Assembly (NCBI GenBank): GCA_013239625.1
Contig: MU053873.1
Coordinates: 696,524-760,523 of the forward strand
Direction of reading: 5' to 3'
DNA length: 64,000 nucleotides
Source of the DNA: Lama guanicoe
Taxonomy: Eukaryota
A model generated the notes under the pieces. That model searched no databases, was not told where the DNA came from, and saw nothing but the letters and a program-made list of their open reading frames with translations. Below are positions 34,680 to 48,192 of the stretch, piece after piece. The position numbers and the translations under genes were made by a program. Numbering within the stretch: the first letter of the stretch is position 1; the number at the start of each line of letters is the position of its first letter.

Positions 34680-35099
34680 GTGTCACCTGACCAAGTGACC
34701 TTTGTCTGTGGCTCCTTGGGGAAGAGGGAGCGACTTTGCAGTCTGAAAGGGCAGGTGGGAGCCAGGGCACAGTGTGAAAGAACATTTGTGGATAGGCTTT
34801 CCCTTGGGGCCAAGAAAAGCAGGGTGAAAACATTCTGCTTCTGCAGGCAGATGCTGCGCTTTTGTTTACACTCACCTGACTTTGGCAGGTCTTCATTCTT
34901 TTGGTATTTGTTATCCTAAGTCCCTGCTGTTAGCAGGCAATAAGGGAAGCCAAAGTCAGCACAGCACAAAAAGCAAAAGCTCTTTTTTTCCCCCTTCCCC
35001 TCACTCTTTCCACTAGACCTTGTCAGTGTCTCTCATGGCCAAAATTCTGACTAGTAAATGTTATAAACATCTGGCCGTGTAACAAAAACAAATCCATCG

Positions 35100-35530
35100 C
35101 AAAGAATGACTATAAATCTTATATCACAAAGAACAATTGTAAATCTTGCAGGATTTCATGAAGGTGATGAGAGTGATGTTGGCGAATCACACACAGAGCT
35201 ACTGTCCAGTGATGTTCTGGCAGAGTGAGACCAGTTGACACCTGAGGAGACTTTTCATGGTGATGGCATGATAGGTACCTCAAAAAACAATGATGTGACT
35301 CTCAAAGGATTGAGAGAAGTCTTGTGGAAATAGATAACACTCTCTAAAATGTTTGCAGAATTACCTCCTTTAAAATTCTGTAAAAGTCAAACAAAATGGA
35401 GGATGGCGTAAAGTGTTCTTGGACAGTTTTGTTAGAAAAGTTATACTCTGTCCCTCCCATCCCCGCCTCACAGAAAAACCAATACTCAACTCATGATTCA
35501 TTTTAAGAAATAAGATGTAGAAATATTGAA
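35100..35530 (+). mobile_element. Degenerate Tigger/pogo (TcMar) transposase C-terminal remnant
   Basis: Translates as IVNLAGFHEGDESDVGESHTELLSSDVLAE*, then VTLKGLREVL, resembling the acidic C-terminus of Tigger-family transposases. Confidence 0.5.
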
Positions 35531-35589
35531 GAGTTATTACGTGGTTGCAAGTAAAACCTTAAGTTTGCTAACTGAAAGTGAAATCAATT

Positions 35590-35800
35590 TTATTGTTTCA
35601 ACTTTACTGAGATATAATTAACATGTAACATTGTGTAAGTTTAAGGCATTACAGTAGGATGGTTTGATATACTATACATTGTGAAATGATTACCACAATG
35701 AGGTTAGTTAACACATCCATCACCTCACGTAGATACTTTTTGGTGGGGCGTGTGTGGGGCCGGGGTGGTAAGCACTTTTAAGGTCTTCTCTCAACATACA
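35590..35800 (-). mobile_element. L1MA-like 3'-end fragment
   Basis: actgagatataattaacatgtaacattgtgtaagtttaagg...tgtgaaatgattaccacaatgaggttagttaacacatccatcacctca. Confidence 0.75.
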
Positions 35801-38671
35801 TAAATTTAATTTTTTATGATAGTCCCAATCGGTTTTTCTCTCCCACGTAACATACTTTGAAGTTTGGTTCCCAACGTACATGTGTTAACTTTTAGATAAC
35901 ATAAAAGCTCTTTCCTCCTGTCCTCCCAGCTGATCACTGAGCATCACAGTGACAAGGATTTTCTGAGGCGGAACTCGGAGACTTCCTTTCTAGATGGAAG
36001 CCTGAGCCCAGCGAGGAAGGAGAATGTCCCCACCCCACCTCCCAGCTGTTACATAACCACCACCTGTGCCTCTCCCTTTCCGTCTACACTGTTCCTTTGA
36101 ATTCCAGAGGTTGATACTCTCCAGCCCAGAGGTCCTTGAACTTAATTGTGTGCGAGTCACCCATCCTGGGGGCAGAGCAGAAACACATTCCCACGCCCCA
36201 TGCTCACGTTTGGACTCAGCTGACCTAAGATGGGCCAGGGAAGTGTATTTTTAACGAGCTCCCCAGGTGCACGTTGCCCTAGTCTCTTTTTGGAAGCTGT
36301 TGTACTCTTTCCTCATTTTTCTTGGTGACTTCTCAAATAATGCAGGAGGGCCTGATTCTCTGTGAAAAGCTCCCCTCTTCTGTCTTGTGCTATCTCTGGG
36401 CGCTTCTTTCTCCCCTCATTGTGAGATTTCTTCATCTTTTCCCTGACCTACTTGCCTGGGACTCAGCTCTGCCGGCATCCCCTTGCTCTGGCCACCTTCA
36501 AGCCTTGAGTCTCACCGCCTGTGCTGAATAAGATTGAAATGGAGACTAAAAATAGTTCCTTAAATGGCCCCTGCATTGCAGCCTCCACTCTGTTCTTGCC
36601 TGGAAGGCGGCCAAACTGACTCAGCACGATAGCTCGCCTAGGAGAGCTGGGACAAGGTTGCAAAGATAGCTTGTGAGGGCTGGGAGGAGGCTCTGCTTCC
36701 TGGGCAGAGGGTGTGAGAGCCTGTCACCCTCCAGAAGAGATTTTCCCTCTTCAAATGAGCAAACTGAACAAAAGAATCCTTTGGCCTTAAGGAGCAGGGT
36801 TTTAAAACTATTGAGAAGCCCAAGACAATCCAGCCCCTTTGATTTACTTACCTGACCATTGTGCCTCCAGTGGGCTGAATAGGGGGAAGGGGTCTGGCTT
36901 GGGAGGACCTCAAAGCTCCTCCTCGGGCAGAATTGGCCTTGGCCTTCCCTGGGGCTCATCCCAGACCGCAGCCTCCCACACCAGGCACTCCGCCCCGGTT
37001 CCTTGCCTTTTTAAAGCTACTATCCATATTCCTGATTTCTCTGTATCTCCTAGTCTCTCTCTGTTTTTCCCAGCTTGCCCTCTCCTGTTTTCTCTACAAA
37101 TTAATCCAAAGACCCCTTTTATTTTAAGGGCATTCCTGCTGATCACTCTGGGGAAACAAACCTAAAAGGCCTATCGTTGGGATGGAGCAGAGCTGCCAGG
37201 CTTCCAAAGGAACTTTCTCCCTGTCTGTGTAGCCCCGACTCTGTCCTTTCCGTGGTGTTCAGCAGCCTCTCTGCTGAGAACTGGTGACAAGCATCTACTC
37301 TAGATCAGGCCCTGGGCTCGTCAGGATTCAACATTCACTGTCCTCTTTAATTACAACAGGCCACCAAGTGTATACGTTCCCTTCATTGTTTATGGATGAG
37401 GAAACTGAGGCTCAGAGGGTTAAATGACTTCCCCATTGCTCACAGGGATTTTGAGCTGCCCACCCAGGGTGCGAGCCCAGTGGGGCCTGTCTACTTCCAA
37501 GGCTTTCCTTTCCACAAGAGTTGCCTCAGGCCAGTGCTCTTGCTGGGCCGTTTGTTCACTTCAGCAACACAGGTACACCAAGAGTACTGCTGTGGCCCAG
37601 AGTTACAGCTTAGGGTCCTGTCCCACCCCTGAGCAGCCATGTGACCCTGGGCAGGCCGCGTACATCACTCGAGAGGTCCTCATCTGCAAGTGGGAGTGAC
37701 AGTCCCCCTTTCTCACTGGGTGGCTGTGGGGATAATGAATCAACTCTCAGCACCGTGACCTGACACCTTGCACTGCTCAGCACAGGGAGAGAGTCTTTTC
37801 CCTGTCCCCCAGGTTTCAACCTGGTAAGGACCTCTTGAATGAGGAAGGCCTTCCCTGCCTGATGGCCTTTCTCCTGCCGAGGGCTCCCAGGCTCTAAAAG
37901 CCTTACCCTCTCTGGCCCTGTCCCTCCTTACCAGTAGCATGTCCACCAGTCATTGGCTAAGCTGGGCTCTGCCCTCAGCTGGAACCTGGTTCTCAGTATC
38001 CATCACTCACATTAGGTCAGCCCCAGCCTGCTAGTCACACATCTGTTCCCTCCTGTCTGTGAGCCTGTGTCCTGGTCCCCACCAGAGAGTCACCTTAACT
38101 TCCTGGACTCTCGATACATCTTGTTCTAATTTGTTTTTCCCCTCCACCTCCACAGATGACCTAAGATGGGAAAGGAAACCCCAGCATTCCACAGTAGGGC
38201 TGGTGGAGAAGGACCCTCAGAGTACATTTGCAGAATGAGTGCATGGATGGGGGGGCCCCAAAATATTTCAAAGATGAATCCAATCTAACAAATTGAAATG
38301 TAGAGTCCAACATGAAGGACCTAAAACCAACCACTCGCCTGTGTGCTGGGATGTAACAACAGCCTGAGTTAAATTTAAAATATGTGATAGTTTTGATGAG
38401 CAACTATTTAAAGTGCTTGTCCTGGTGATGCTGAGAGCCAGCAGACACTCTGAAATAACACTATTCCTTCTCTTATTCCATAGGATCAAATTCTCTGCAA
38501 CAGCTCCCACAGTAGCATCGGAATTGGCTTTCGTTGGATAAACCTGTATTACATGTGAATCTCCAACCTAATCACAGAGGCCAGGGGTGGGGGGTAGCAT
38601 GTGATCAGCATTGCCTGGAACGTGTGTGCATCTCTGGGTCCTGGGTACATGGGGTCACTCAAACCACATGG

Positions 38672-38815
38672 CCTATATTAGGTTTCTATGGCTGCTGTAA
38701 CAAATTGTTTTTAACAAATTTTTAAACAAATGCTTAAAACAACACAAATTTATTCTCTTACAATTTTGGAGGCCAGAAGTACAAAATCAGTTTCACTGGG
38801 CTAAAGTCAAGTGTT
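38672..38815. mobile_element. MaLR (MLT1-type) LTR fragment interrupted by L1
   Basis: tattaggtttctatggctgctgtaacaaatt...aaaacaacacaaatttattctcttacaattttggaggccagaagt. Confidence 0.65.
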
Positions 38816-41165
38816 TCAGGTGCTTGTTGGCTGTTGGTTTATCTTCTGGCAGAAATGTCTATTCAGGTCTTTGCCCATTTTTAAGTTGGGCTGTTTTTGT
38901 CTTTTTGTTGTTGATTTGCAGGAGTTCTTTAAATATTCTGGACACCTGACCCTTATTAGATGTATGATTAGTAAATATCTTCTCCCATTTTACAGATTGT
39001 CTTTTCACTTTATTGACAGTATCTTTTGGTGCACAAAAGTTTTTAATTTTCATAAAGTCCAATTTATTGGTGTTTTTCTGTTGCTTGTGCTTTTGGTACC
39101 ATATCTAAGACTCCATTGCTAAATCCAAGATCATGAGAATTTAACCCCATGTTTTCTTATAAGAGTTTGAGTTCTTATATTTAGGTTGTTGATCCATTTT
39201 GAGTTAATTTTTGTATGTGGTGTGAAGTAGGGATCCAGCTTGATTTTATTCATGTGGCTATCCAGTTGCCTCAGCACCATTTTTTGAAGAGACTATCCTT
39301 TCCCCCATTGCATGGTCTTGGCACTCTTACTGAAAATTAATTAACCATAGAGGTATGGGTTTATTTTTGAAATCTCAATTCTATTCCACTGTTCTGTGTT
39401 CAGCCACGTGCCAGTACCACACTGTTTTGATTACTGTAGCTTTGTGGTAAGTTTTAAATCAGGAAATGTGAGCCCTCCAACTTTGTTCTTTTCTTACATT
39501 GTTTTGGTGATTTGGGGCCCCTGGCAATTCCACATAAACTTGAGGATTAGCTTTTTCATTTCTGTGAAAAAGGTTATTTAAGTTTCGATAGGGAGTGCAT
39601 TGAATCTGTAAGTCACCTTGGGTAGTGTTGCCATCTTAACTGTATTAAGTCTTCCAGTCTGTGAACACAGAATGCCTTTCAGTATGTCTATGTCTTCTTT
39701 AATTTTTTTCAATGATATTTTGTAGTTTTTAATGTGTAAATCTTTTGCCTCCTTGGTTTATTCCTAGGTATTTTATTCTTTTTGATGCTATTATCAGTGG
39801 AATTGTTTTCTTTATTTCCTTTTCCTGGTGACCAGAAACACAACTGTTCTTTGTATATTGATCTTGCACCCTGAAGCTTTGCTGAATTCATTTATTATCT
39901 CTAGTAATTTAAAAAAATTTTTTGAGAATTCTTTGAGATATTCTATATATAAGAGGATGTCATCTGCAAATAGAAATAGTTTTACTTCTTCCATTCCAAT
40001 TTAGATGCCTTTTATTTCTTTTCTTACTCAGTTGCTCTGGTTAGAACTGTCAGTATTTTATGTTGAGTAGCAGTGGTGAAATCAGGCATCTTTGTCTTGT
40101 TCCCGATCTCAAGGGGGAAGTTTTCAGTTTTTCAACATTGGGTATGATGCTAGCTGTTAGTTTTTCATAACTATTCTTTATCACGTTGAGGGAATTCTCT
40201 TCTATTCCTGGTTTTCTAAGTGTTTCTATCATGAAAAAGTATTGTATTTTGTCAGTGCTTCTCTGCGTCTGTTGAGGTGATCATGTGGGCTTCTTCCTTC
40301 ATTCTGTTAAGGTGGTGTATTACATTGATCTTCTTATGTTGAACCATCCCACTTGATCATGGTGTCTTATCTTTTTTAATATGCTGTTGGATTTGCCTAG
40401 TATTTTGTTGAGGATTTTTGCATTGGTTTTCATAGAGGATATTGGTCTGTGGTTTTGTTGTGGTTCTTTGTCTGGTTTTGGCATTAGGGTAATGCAGACC
40501 TCCAAGAATGACTGAGAAAATGTTCCCTTTGCTTTTCTATTTTGGAAGTTTGACAAAGATTGATGTTAATTCTTCTCTAAGTGTTTGATAGAATTTACCA
40601 GTGAAGCCATCTGGGCCTGAACTACTCTGTCAGTAGTTTTATAGTTTACTAATTTAATCTCTATTTGTAGGGTAGATCTATTCAGATTTTCTATTTCTTC
40701 TTGAGTCAGTTTCAGTAGCTTGCTCTTCTTTTTCCATTGTAGAAAATTAGGTTATTGATTTGAGATCTTTCTTCTCTTTAGATGTAGGCATTTACAACTT
40801 TAAGTTTCCCTCTAAGCATTGCTTTAGCTGTATCCCATAAGTTTCCATACGTTATGTCTTCATTTCCATTCATCTCAAGGTATTTTCTAATTTCCCTGGT
40901 AGTTTCTTCTTTGGTTATTTAGGAGTATGTTGTTTAATTTCCACATATTTGTGACTTTCCCAATTTCTGTTATTAATTTCTAGTTTCACTTCACTGTCAT
41001 TGGAAAACATACTTTGTCCATTTTCAGTTCTTTAAAATTGATTGAGGCTTGTTTATGGCCTAAGAGATCATCTGTCCTGGAGAATGTTCCACGTGCACTG
41101 AAGAAGAAGTGTGTATTCTACTCTTGCTGCTTGGAGCATTCTGTAGATGTCTGTTAGGTCTCATT
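38816..41165 (-). mobile_element. L1 ORF2 (RT-region) fragment, degraded
   Basis: Minus-strand peptides MDFMKIKNFCAPKDTVNKVKRQ, EEVKLFLFADDILLYIE, LRSGTRQRCLISPLLLNI and ITLMPKPDK are L1 ORF2; many frameshifts and stops. Confidence 0.92.
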
Positions 41166-41549
41166 GCTATAAATTACTTTTAAAATTAAAAACTTGTTTT
41201 CTTTTTCACTGCAACATGTTTACTAATATAGAGGTAATTTAATTTATTAAGCCAGTCTCCTATTATTATATATTCAAGGTATTTTCCATTTTTCCAAAAT
41301 ATAAACAAAGTGAACATATTTCATATTTGAATATTTCTATACAGACCTGATAATTTATTAGGATACATTTCTGAAAGTGCCATAATTTGGTTAGAATATC
41401 TAAGTTTTTAAGGCTTTTGCTATAACCCATTAGGTTGCCTTCCAGGAAGGTTTTGTCAGTTTTCATTCCAACCATTAGTTCCACAAAGTTCAGGTTTCTC
41501 TGCACACCCACAAATACTGGGTATTATTGCTTGTTTGTATCTTCTGCTC

Positions 41550-42640
41550 CATGCACTCAAGCCACTGTGGACATTTATCATTGTTGCTGCCCAGTGTCTA
41601 CTCCTTTTTCTTCTAGTAACTGTCTGCTAATGTGCTTTGGGAACCACACCTCCCAAACTCTCAGTTTCAGTTTGTGGGAGGCCTGACGTATTCCCCCAGC
41701 TCCAGGCATAGGCACGTGACCACTGCCCCACTCTTCAGTGTCCCAGGCATCCCCAGCCACAGGGATTGGCTGAGGGAGGAGCAGGTGACCTTACCAGCCC
41801 AATGAAAACCAACCCCTGGACTTTTCCTGGAAAATTGAACAAGAGTTCATTTTTCTCTCTGAGTTTACTAAACTGTGGGACGTAAGCCTGAAGCTTCTAG
41901 AGACTGTGTGGAGAGGTCCTGCCTGAGACTGAAGCCTACACAAAAAACAGCCGAGGGATGGAGAAATGAGTTACAGCACCTTGGGGAGCATCATTTGAGA
42001 ATTCCCCTGGATCTAGCTATGTCTGAAGCAAATCAACCTCCTTGCACTCCTTGGTTATGTAAGCTAATATGTTATGTCTATTATTATTAATTATCAATAG
42101 AGTAGCAAGTATTTTACTTAAACTAGTTTGATTCTGTTTTGATCACTTGCAACAGAAATAATGCTGACAAACATGGAAACCTCCATAGAGTCCCCCTCAG
42201 GAGCTGCCAGGTCAGAATTTTCTGGAACATTGCCGTGGAGTTATCAGTGCTGCCTCCTAAGAGCTCCCACTCTCCTCCCTCCAGGCACGTGGTAGGACTA
42301 CCTCTGCGCATCCCCTCTACTGTTAGGTATAACTGCGTAGATTTCTTTGGCCAATGAAATGTTACCAGAAGAAACCTGTATCACTTCCAGGTGGAAGCCT
42401 TAAAAACCTGTGGGTGGTTTGCCACATTCTGTCTTCCCTGCCTCAGTAAACTTGGAAGCCTGGATCTAGATGGATCCCTTGTTAGCTTGGTCCTTGAGTG
42501 ACCGTTCAGAACAGAGACCTCTGCCAACCCACACTAGATGTATAGCATGAGTGAAAAAGATGATTTTTTTGCGTTAAGCCACTGAGATGTAGTTGTTTAT
42601 TATTACAGACAGAACCTAACCTATCCTTTCTGAAACAGTC
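41550..42640. mobile_element. Cluster of old MaLR (MLT1-type) LTRs
   Basis: ggcacgtgacc...gattggctgaggg...ccaatga; ctttggccaatgaaatg...tcacttccaggtggaagc; end motif taagccactgagatgtagttgtttattattacag. Confidence 0.55.
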
Positions 42641-43697
42641 CCCCTGGGGAAAAATGAAGGATGTTTTTCATCAACCCAGCTGTATCTGCAGAGCCAACAG
42701 CTAGCCAGCAGGACAGGCACATCCTAAAGCAGTCAGCTCCTTCCACGTTTCATCCATGTCCCCCAGGCTTCTGACATCTGACAAGCAATTCCGTAGCAAA
42801 TTGACTCTTGGTTTTTCCTAAGGTTTGTTATCCTTCCAGAGGGAGGATGATTTTGTTTGGCAGATGGTTAAAATCAGGCTGGTTGGTATCTGGCCAGCTA
42901 ATCCTGCCTCCAGCACTGGGAGCATGTCCACTTAGGGCAAAAGAGGACGGGTACCCTGGTCAGATCCTTCTGCCCTGCCTGTGCCACTTGGGGCCACCAT
43001 GACAATGATACCAGCAAGGAGGACTGGCATTTGGCATTCCAAATCCCTTCCGCATCTGGCTTAGGGATGGCCATTTGATTTGTCTCTGGAGAGGGCAGAG
43101 GCAGGAAGGCAGAGTTAGGACAAGCCTGGTCTCGGGGGTCAGACTGGCCAAAATTTAAATCCACACTCCACGTCTTCCTGGCTCTGGGACTTTGGGCAAG
43201 GTCTGCTTCTCTGAACCTCAGTTTTCTCAACTGAGAAATGCAGGTTCAACAGTGCTTACTTCATTGAGCCGTTTGCTGTGGACATAAAACGTATAGCCCA
43301 GGGTCCAGCCCTTGGGAAATGCTCAGTAAGTGGCAACCATGGAAGTGCCAAAACTGATGACCTGGATTCTAGTCTGAACAAGTCCCTTCTTGTTTTCCAT
43401 GGGCATTGGCTGAGACAATGATTCATAAGGGTCCCTGTAGTTCCAATACTGATCATATCTTCCCTGTGATTTCAAAACTGAGTAAATATAGATTTTCTAA
43501 GTACAGATCACTGAGGGAAACTTACTAGAAGTCAGATTCTTAAGAAAATTAATATCCATGTAATTCATGTTTTCTCTGTAAAACAAACAGGAAAATAGAG
43601 CTCTGCTACCAACTGGCTGTTGGGCCTTAGGCGTGTTCCTGCCTCTCTGGCCTCAGTCTCCTCATCTGTATAATGGAATTGGACTAGATGCTGGGTT

Positions 43698-44155
43698 TTC
43701 TTTTATTATTATTGAGTATAGTTTGATTTACAATATTGTCTTAGTTTTGGGTGTACAGCAAAGTGATTCAGTTTTACATATATAATATATATTCTTTTTC
43801 AGATTCTTTTCCATTATAGGTTATTATAAGATACTTAATATAGTTCCCTATGCTATATAGTAGGTCTTTATTGTTTATCTATTTTATATATAGTAGTGTG
43901 TATCTGTTAATCCCAAATTCCTAATTTATCCCCTCCTTTCCCTTTTGGTAACCTCAAGTTTGCTTTCTATGTTGGTGAGTCTATTTCTGTTTTATAAATA
44001 ACTTCATTTGTATCATTTTTTTTAGATTCCATATGTAAGTGATATATAATATTTGTCTTCTCTGTCTGACTTATTTCACTTAATATGATAATCTCTAGAT
44101 TCATCCATGTTGCTGCAAATGGCATTATTTCATTCTTTTTTGTGGCTGAGTAATA

Positions 44156-44194
<39 letters not shown>

Positions 44195-44395
44195 ATATAT
44201 ATATATATATATGACATCTTCTCTATCCACTCATTTATTGATGGACACTTAGGTGGCTTCTGGTGTCTTGGCTATTGTAAATAGTGCTGCTATGAACAAT
44301 GGGGGTGCATGTATCTTCTTGAATTAGAGTTTTCATCTTTTCCAGATATATGCCCAGGAGTGGGATTGCTGGATCATATGGTGGCTCTATTTTCA
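43698..44395 (-). mobile_element. L1 3' end (artiodactyl type) with internal microsatellite
   Basis: 3'UTR gtgtacagcaaagtgattcag...; ORF2 end [34 protein letters not shown] on the minus strand. Confidence 0.9.
44160..44212 (+). repeat. (TG)n(TA)n compound microsatellite
   Basis: tgtgtg...gtgtatgtatatatatatatatatat. Confidence 0.95.
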
Positions 44396-44959
44396 AAGTT
44401 TGTTATCTGTTATTTTTATATGAATATTGTTGCCTGTTGAATTGACTGAAGTGTCATAAATATACTTCCTCTTGTACATAATTTTGTTTCTCTTGAAGTT
44501 ATTTTGTTTTCTTTGATTGACTAAATCTTCCCACACTCTCCTGTAGTTCAGTAAAAGATTTTCAATTCTATACATGGTGGATCGTGTCAAATAATTTATC
44601 AGTTTAATTTTTTCTTGGCACTCCCCCTCGCCCCCCAGGCCCACTGCAGTCTGGATCAGGCTGTACAGCTGTTGTCCTTCAACAACTCTTGGTCATCATC
44701 CTGGGGATCCCCTTCTTGTCTCTGCTTTGTTATAGTCCGTATTGTCTGTATTCTTAGATCTTCTGTTTTTTGGTTTATAGTCTCCTTTTGTTAGAGCATG
44801 TCCCCTAATGATTTTCAGAGAAAGGATTTATGGGAAGTAATTATTTGAGACTTTATATTGCTTTAAATTGCCCCCTTTCCACCCTCACACCTAATTTGTC
44901 AGTATAGACTTCTAGGCATTTTCCATCATTGCTGCTGAGAATGATGTTCCTGATCCTGG

Positions 44960-45530
44960 TTTTTTTTTTATTGATTCATAATCATTTTACAGTGTTGTGT
45001 CAAATTCCAGTGTTCAGCACAATTTTTCAGTCATTCATGGACATATACACACTCATTGTCACATTTTTTTCTCTGTGATTTATCATAACATTTTGTGTAT
45101 ATTTCCCTGTGCTATACAGTGTAATCTTGTTTATCTATTCTACAATTTTGAAATCCCAGTCTATCCCATCCCACCCTCTACCCCCCTCCCCGGTAACCAC
45201 AAGTCTGTATTCTCTGTCCATGAGTCTATTTCTGTCCTGTATTTATGCTTTGTTTTTGTTTGTTTGTTTGTTTTTGTTTTTTAGATTCCACATATGAGCG
45301 ATCTCATATGGTATTTTTCTTTCTCTTTCTGGCTTACTTCACTTAGAATGACATTCTCTAGGAGCATCCATGTTGCTGCAAATGGCATTATGTTGTCGGT
45401 TTTTATGGCTGAGTAGTATTCCATTGTATAAATATACCACATCTTCTTTATCCAGTCACCTGTTGATGGACATTTAGGTTGTTTCCATGTTTTGGCTATT
45501 GTAAATAGTGCTGCTATGAACATTGGGGTG
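44960..45530 (-). mobile_element. Young lineage-specific L1 3' end with poly(A) tail, nested in older L1
   Basis: Poly-T at 44960-44969; intact ORF2 C-terminus [81 protein letters not shown]. Confidence 0.9.
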
Positions 45531-45857
45531 GTTTTTTGTTTTTGTTTTCTCCTTCTGGAAGATTTTAGAATCCTCTCTATCCCTGGGTTCTGAAATGCCA
45601 GGTCCAGTTTATGTAACTCAGATGGCTGGCTCCACCCTAGATCTGGAGTTTGGTGTGTGACCCAGCAGGTCCAGTTAGTGTGTTCCATTAATCTCAGGAT
45701 GGGCGCATTACCTGGCCATCTAATGAGACTCAATTCTCAGACTTTAATTGAACTGATAGAGACACAGTGTCTCTCTCCCTGATTTGTACCTGGAAGGGTA
45801 CAAGCCCATAGCTACTTAGGATCTCCATGAAAAGAAGCCCTTCCTGAGAAAGAAGCT

Positions 45858-46140
45858 ATATTAGTTATCCATTTCTGTGTAACATATTACCCCAAAACTT
45901 AGTGGCTTAAGACTACAAACATCTATCATCCAGGTGCAGTTTAGCTGGGTGCTTCTTCCTTAAGTTCTCACACAAGGCTGCAGTCAGTGTTGTCTGGGGC
46001 TGCAGTCTCATCTGAGGACTCAGCTAGAGAGGATCTGCCTCCATGCTCAACCATGTGTACTGAGGACCACAGTTCCTCACTGGCTGTTGGCCTCCTTCAG
46101 TTCCTTGCTATTTGGGCTTTTCCTTAGAGCAGGACACAAC
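45858..46140. mobile_element. MaLR (MLT1-type) LTR fragment
   Basis: tattagttatccatttctgtgtaacatattacccccaaaacttagtggcttaag...gggctgcagtctcatctgagg. Confidence 0.65.
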
Positions 46141-47194
46141 GTTTCTATGCTAGAAACCAAATGAAGATCTCTTAGGGAATGAGCAAGTGCCTCCTCAAAG
46201 TTCTGCCCAAGGTCAACTCCTCAACCCAGGGTCCACATCTCACCTTCGACAGCTATTTTCAACAACACAAAAGAGTGCCAAGACAGTAGGGTAGGATGGG
46301 GTAGGTCACATTTAAACAAAGGGATCTTTAAGTGCCATTTTAGAAATGGTTTTGATTGGCTTTTCAAGGTATCAAGCATGTCCAAGGACTATATGAAAAC
46401 CTGAGCATTAATTTTCTGAGCAGCTCTATTAGTCACTCATTATTATTCAGAGCTCTTCCAGTTGGAAATGACAGGGCCATATCCCAAATGAGCTTTGGCC
46501 AAAATACTTTATTGGTTCAAAGAATGGCCAATAGGCCATAGAAAGGAACATCAGAATCAGGGACCTGAAGTCTATGATGACTCTCCAGGTATCTCATCTC
46601 TGTCCATCTATCTCATCCTTTCTCACAGACTAGCTTTTCCACAAGGCTGGGGAAATGGCCATCCATAGCTGCTGATTCCCTCATCCTCCCACCTTCTACA
46701 GCCATAAGACTATCAGCCAGTCTCACTTGTCCCAAGTTTAAAATCCCAGGGAAAAGCTCTGATTGGCTCACCTGGGATCAGGTGGCCATCACTGGACCAG
46801 TCACCAATGACCAGTGGTTTTAGGGAAGTTAGAAAATACAGTGGCTCTGAGAACCATCTGGTTGGGAAAGAAGCAGTTCCCACCAGAGGCACCAAGCGAA
46901 CACCACAAGGCGTCATGACCGTCCTAAAGCTGGAAATTGCGTAAGAATTTTACAGTAGAGACCCCACATAAATCCACAGGAGCACCACAGCTTTCAAAAT
47001 CGTGTTCAGAGAAGCAGGTTGGAATCCATTAAAGTGACTGTTGACAAATTGTTCCCAATAATAGTGACTGTGGTTTTCACTACAGATGAATTAGCCATGT
47101 ATGGCCCCTCATTCAAAAGCTCATCCCTCCTTACAAAAGAGGACATATGCAGGGTTCTGTGAATAGAGTACTCAGTGTCCTTAGGATGTCACCT

Positions 47195-47370
47195 GTTCCC
47201 AGGCTTCAGTGTGCATTAGGATCAGGTGGGAGTTGGTGAAGCACGCACTTCACCAGACCTGTGCCTCAGATTGTTTCAGTGGTCTAGGGTGGAATCAAGG
47301 AGTCTGCATTTTTATATGGCTCCCAGATGATGCTAATGGAAGTGGTCCATGGACCTCGCTGAGAAACCAT
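47195..47370. mobile_element. MER5A-like MITE
   Basis: gtgcattaggatcaggtgggagttggtgaa...ggtctagggtggaatcaaggagtctgcattttta...ctcccagatgatgctaat. Confidence 0.65.
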
Positions 47371-47617
47371 GCACCGGGCCACCTGCCTACAAGGTTCTAA
47401 AGATAAAGCACCTAGCATGTTGCCTGGCATATGGTTTGTGCCCAGGAAATATCCCAACAGAGACCCTGTTGGTCCCAGACCTGCATAAAACCTGAGTCCC
47501 CCTCAGTCCTATGCAGTCTTAAGTGTGAGATCAAGACCTCCCCTGCCCAGCCCCCAGCCTGCCCCGGGGGAAAGAATAAATACCAACAGCAGCATTTTCA
47601 TTTTATAAGCACTTGGT

Positions 47618-47623
47618 TTTATT
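47618..47623 (-). terminator. NEFH: NEFH polyadenylation signal AATAAA
   Basis: tttatt on the + strand, ~570 nt past the NEFH stop (minus-strand context CAATAAAACCAAGTGCTTATAAAATG). Confidence 0.8.
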
Positions 47624-48192
47624 GCACAGAAGCAATTGAAAGTGGACTCCAGTGGAAAAGTGCGCCCCGGCATAGTTCAGTGGCCAGTGCCTAGCCCCAC
47701 CGGCTCCAGCTCTTCCAGGATAGAGAGCTTGAGGCAAGGGCTTGACCACTCCTTTGGAAAATAGAAGGCATTCAGGAATAGGTTAAGACATCTCAAGCAT
47801 ATGTTTCTAACTGCTCATTCATTATTGCGGTCATCTGTCAATTGCACATACAGGAAATAAATGCACTTATTTGGAGAGGAGGGGGCAGTTTTTATAGTCA
47901 AGTGTTTACGTGTGGCATTCGGCATATAGCACATTCGGCTACATAAGCTATCATAACATAATTGTCCATCACCTATGGAGGGTTTGGGGTGTGGGACCAG
48001 GGGTTTGGAGTGCCCTCTCTTGCTAACATATTGCTAATAGAAATTCCTGTTTGGTGAAGGAGGGCCCATCGTCTAAGCAGAGTTTCTTCTTAAAGAAAAG
48101 AAAGGAAAAGTGAAAATTGGTTATGCCGATCCTTGAGCTCCCAGACCCTCCTGAGTTTCTTTGGCTGCTCTGGATGTTCCTTTCTTCCTACC

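Noticed and set aside
38816..41165. Reverse-transcriptase-like peptides as a possible novel retro-system
   Set aside because: Ordinary fragmented L1 ORF2 with multiple stops and frameshifts.
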